DNA of 64,000 bases from Trichosphaerium sp. ATCC 40318 (taxonomy: Eukaryota; Protista; Tubulinea). Numbering within the stretch: position 1 is the first letter of the stretch; every line of letters starts with the position of its first letter. Shown in pieces: positions 61,805-64,000 of the stretch. The notes under the pieces are model-generated. The model was given only the letters and a program-made list of their open reading frames with translations. It was not told where the DNA came from and did not search any database. A program made the translations under genes and the position numbers. The stretch is from the NCBI GenBank assembly GCA_038496445.1, contig JALMLS010000397.1, positions 124,001-188,000 of the forward strand. Reading direction: 5' to 3'.

Positions 61805-63262
61805 ATGTTGGTAAAACTACTTCTGTTGGTTTTAATAGTTAGTATCTACGGAGGTAGTACTATTTATAAACTCTTCTAACGATTCTAGAGCTTGTTGACG
61901 TATTTCAAAAACACACAGAGGGTTTTGAGTGTTTTCGCGTTCCTTCACTTCTACGCATCTCAAATGGTACATTAACGCTGAATTTAGTCACGTGATAATA
62001 AAAAAAAATACTATAGGTGATTTAATAGCTATCGCTGAAGGGCGAAACAACACGCCAACACCAGAAACTTGTTTGCAAGATGGTGGGAAAACAGAAAAGG
62101 CACAAGAACAATCAACTTCGCAAAACTTTTCTAAATTGGCATCCAGGCCGTAGTTATTAAGATTTCACACGACAATGGCACGTCTTGGGGTCCCTTGAGA
62201 ACTCTTGAATCGTATGAATGCGGTGGAGGATACGAATGCGGATACCAAAACATTGTTGAAGATGTCAAAACAAATAGCTTGTTTATTGCATATTCAACGC
62301 ATGTTGGTACTCAAATGATTAGAAGTAACGACTATGGAGTCACGTGGTCAACACCTAAACGACTAAGTGACGGATTTCCAAAAACATTCCGCAACCCAGC
62401 TCCTGGACATGGTGTAAGTTTTTCAAGAAGTGTATCTTGATTGCTTATGTATTCTCTTAGCTTCAACTGTTACAACCTTGTATGTCTACCAAGTGTCACC
62501 AGTACAGATTAATAATACCATTTGTCTGCTCTATAAATGGAACTGAGCACAGTTGTCTGATTGCTAGTGACGATCATGGAGCCACATGGCATTCAGCTGG
62601 AGTAGCACAAGCTGGCTCTAAAGAGGCGCAACTTGTACAAGTACGTTAAGTTGTTGCAATCAATTGCACCCTTTATAACCTTCATTGCAGCTCATTAGCT
62701 GTGGTGATGATGGAACGGTTTATTTGAATGCAAGGAATTTTGGAGAAACAAAAGGACACAGATTGAGTGCTTTATCTTTTGATGGCGGAGATACTTTTTC
62801 TTCATTTTCTGTTGTGACAGATTTAACAGAACCAGTCACCAACCAATGGACTGGTATAGTAGGATCTTTAATAAGGTAATGCGAACTACTGTAGGTTAAC
62901 GCTGTCAATTAATTTTCTGAAATAGGTGGACGTATGCTACTGATACAGGACTCAACAAGTACTTGACTTTTTTTTTTGCTGATAACTAACTCATTTAGGA
63001 TTCTATTTTCAGATCCTGGTGCACAAACTTCAAGGTCTAATTTGACTGTTTACATGACAACAGATGAAACGTCAACATGGCATGAGAGTAAACTTATAAA
63101 TGAAGTCACGTGATTATTGTTAGTAGTAAATTATTAATTTTTTTGTGTTAGGGTCCAAGTGGCTATTCCGATATGGCAAAAATCAGTAACGCCCATGTTG
63201 GCATTCTCTTTGAACGTGGGTCTCCACTTCCATATGACAAGATATCATTCTTGCAATTCTAG
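61805..63262 (+). CDS. Secreted GH33 sialidase/neuraminidase (BNR repeats), multi-exon
   Basis: Signal peptide; FRVP; AIAEGR; Asp-boxes SHDNGTSW, SNDYGVTW, SDDHGATW, SFDGGDTF; PAPGHG; YLNAR; RSNLTV; GPSGYSDM. Confidence 0.88.
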
Positions 63263-63289
63263 GAACAAAGACGCCTGGAAACACCGCAG

Positions 63290-63548
63290 CAATAAAGCAT
63301 TATCCAGACGTTGAGTGTATCTGTCTTTGTTTTTACAAACATTTTTGACATGTCGCTATTTACTGACAGCCTTGGTATCATAAAATCTATTACACAGCAT
63401 GGAATTTTCTTGTTAGAAATTAGCAATGACATGCAGTATCTCATTAGCACATGACAATGTTTTTTTGTGCGAGTTCCAGCAAGCCTTCTATTGGCGTATC
63501 TGCTAGAATATTTAGCCATACCTCTAATGGAAGCTCTACATTCTCCAT
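63290..63548 (-). pseudogene. Frameshifted F-box gene remnant
   Basis: MENVELPLEVWLNILADTPIEGLLELA, then a frame change in an A-run. Confidence 0.4.
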
Positions 63549-63588
63549 TCGAGGTCAAGTGACACCAAAGCTGCTATTTTCAAATCCA

Positions 63589-64000
63589 TTAGAAATAATT
63601 TACCAGTTGTTTCATAATGGTAATAAGTTTTCTAGAAACTGTGCAATCACACATGACACAGCGGTTTTAACTCACTTTTAAACAACTCTTTTAAAAAGAC
63701 AAAGCTGAGAAGTTTTAAAGTTTCAATTACATTCAAGAAAAGTTCCTAACAATGGAGATAACTTTATCTTGTAGATTTAGTTACACAAGGATTATCATTT
63801 GAATACGATTTTCTTAAACTTCTTCTTCCTCCAATATGACAAAGCAACTTTACATAATGTTCTCACATTAGGAATGTAATCCCTGACTTGTTCATGTACA
63901 TCTTGATCATCCAAGTCATCTAAGATTTAGGTTAAACAAGAGTAATGCTTATAAACTTACAGCAAGCTAATTCAGCATATGCTAACAAGAAAGCATACAA
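63589..64000 (-). CDS. 3' exons of an unidentified gene entering from beyond the window
   Basis: GT/AG-bounded open exons (DLDDQDVHEQVRDYIPNVRTLCK...; SRKLITIMKQLVNYF*). Confidence 0.4.

Noticed and set aside
1-64000. CRISPR array, rRNA, tRNA or prokaryotic operons/defence systems
   Set aside because: No regularly spaced repeats or recognisable structural RNA genes were seen; the sequence is intron-rich eukaryotic DNA
1-64000. Alternative genetic code suggested by many short ORFs
   Set aside because: Stops fall in introns; long single-exon ORFs and spliced models read correctly with the standard code

Overview
Eukaryotic, AT-rich, gene-dense window with many short (mostly about 40-70 nt) spliceosomal introns. 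Donors are typically GTACGT/GTAAGT, with a few GC-AG introns. The gene content (HRDLAARN receptor tyrosine kinase, Dictyostelium-type CTDC repeats, Zn2Cys6 factor, PL7 alginate lyase) points to a free-living protist, probably an amoebozoan and perhaps marine (inference). Housekeeping and signalling genes include a cortactin-like protein, an RTK, a DH-PH-FYVE-SH3 GEF, mitochondrial DnaJ, an mS45/mS22-like protein, a divergent SF3B3, an AT-1 transporter, a TPR protein, Ras and an alpha-carbonic anhydrase. These are interleaved with accessory material: six copies of an orphan EGF + 7-transmembrane receptor family with mosaic and pseudogenised members, an intron-containing bacterial-type PL7 alginate lyase inside that array, an M43 protease with mixed modules, a GH33 sialidase, F-box/LRR and F-box/MORN genes and remnants, an intact spliced Sola2-like DNA transposon with TA flanks, a non-autonomous TIR element and a MITE family. 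Exon structures were assembled by eye, so multi-exon CDS coordinates are gene spans. No database searches were run.
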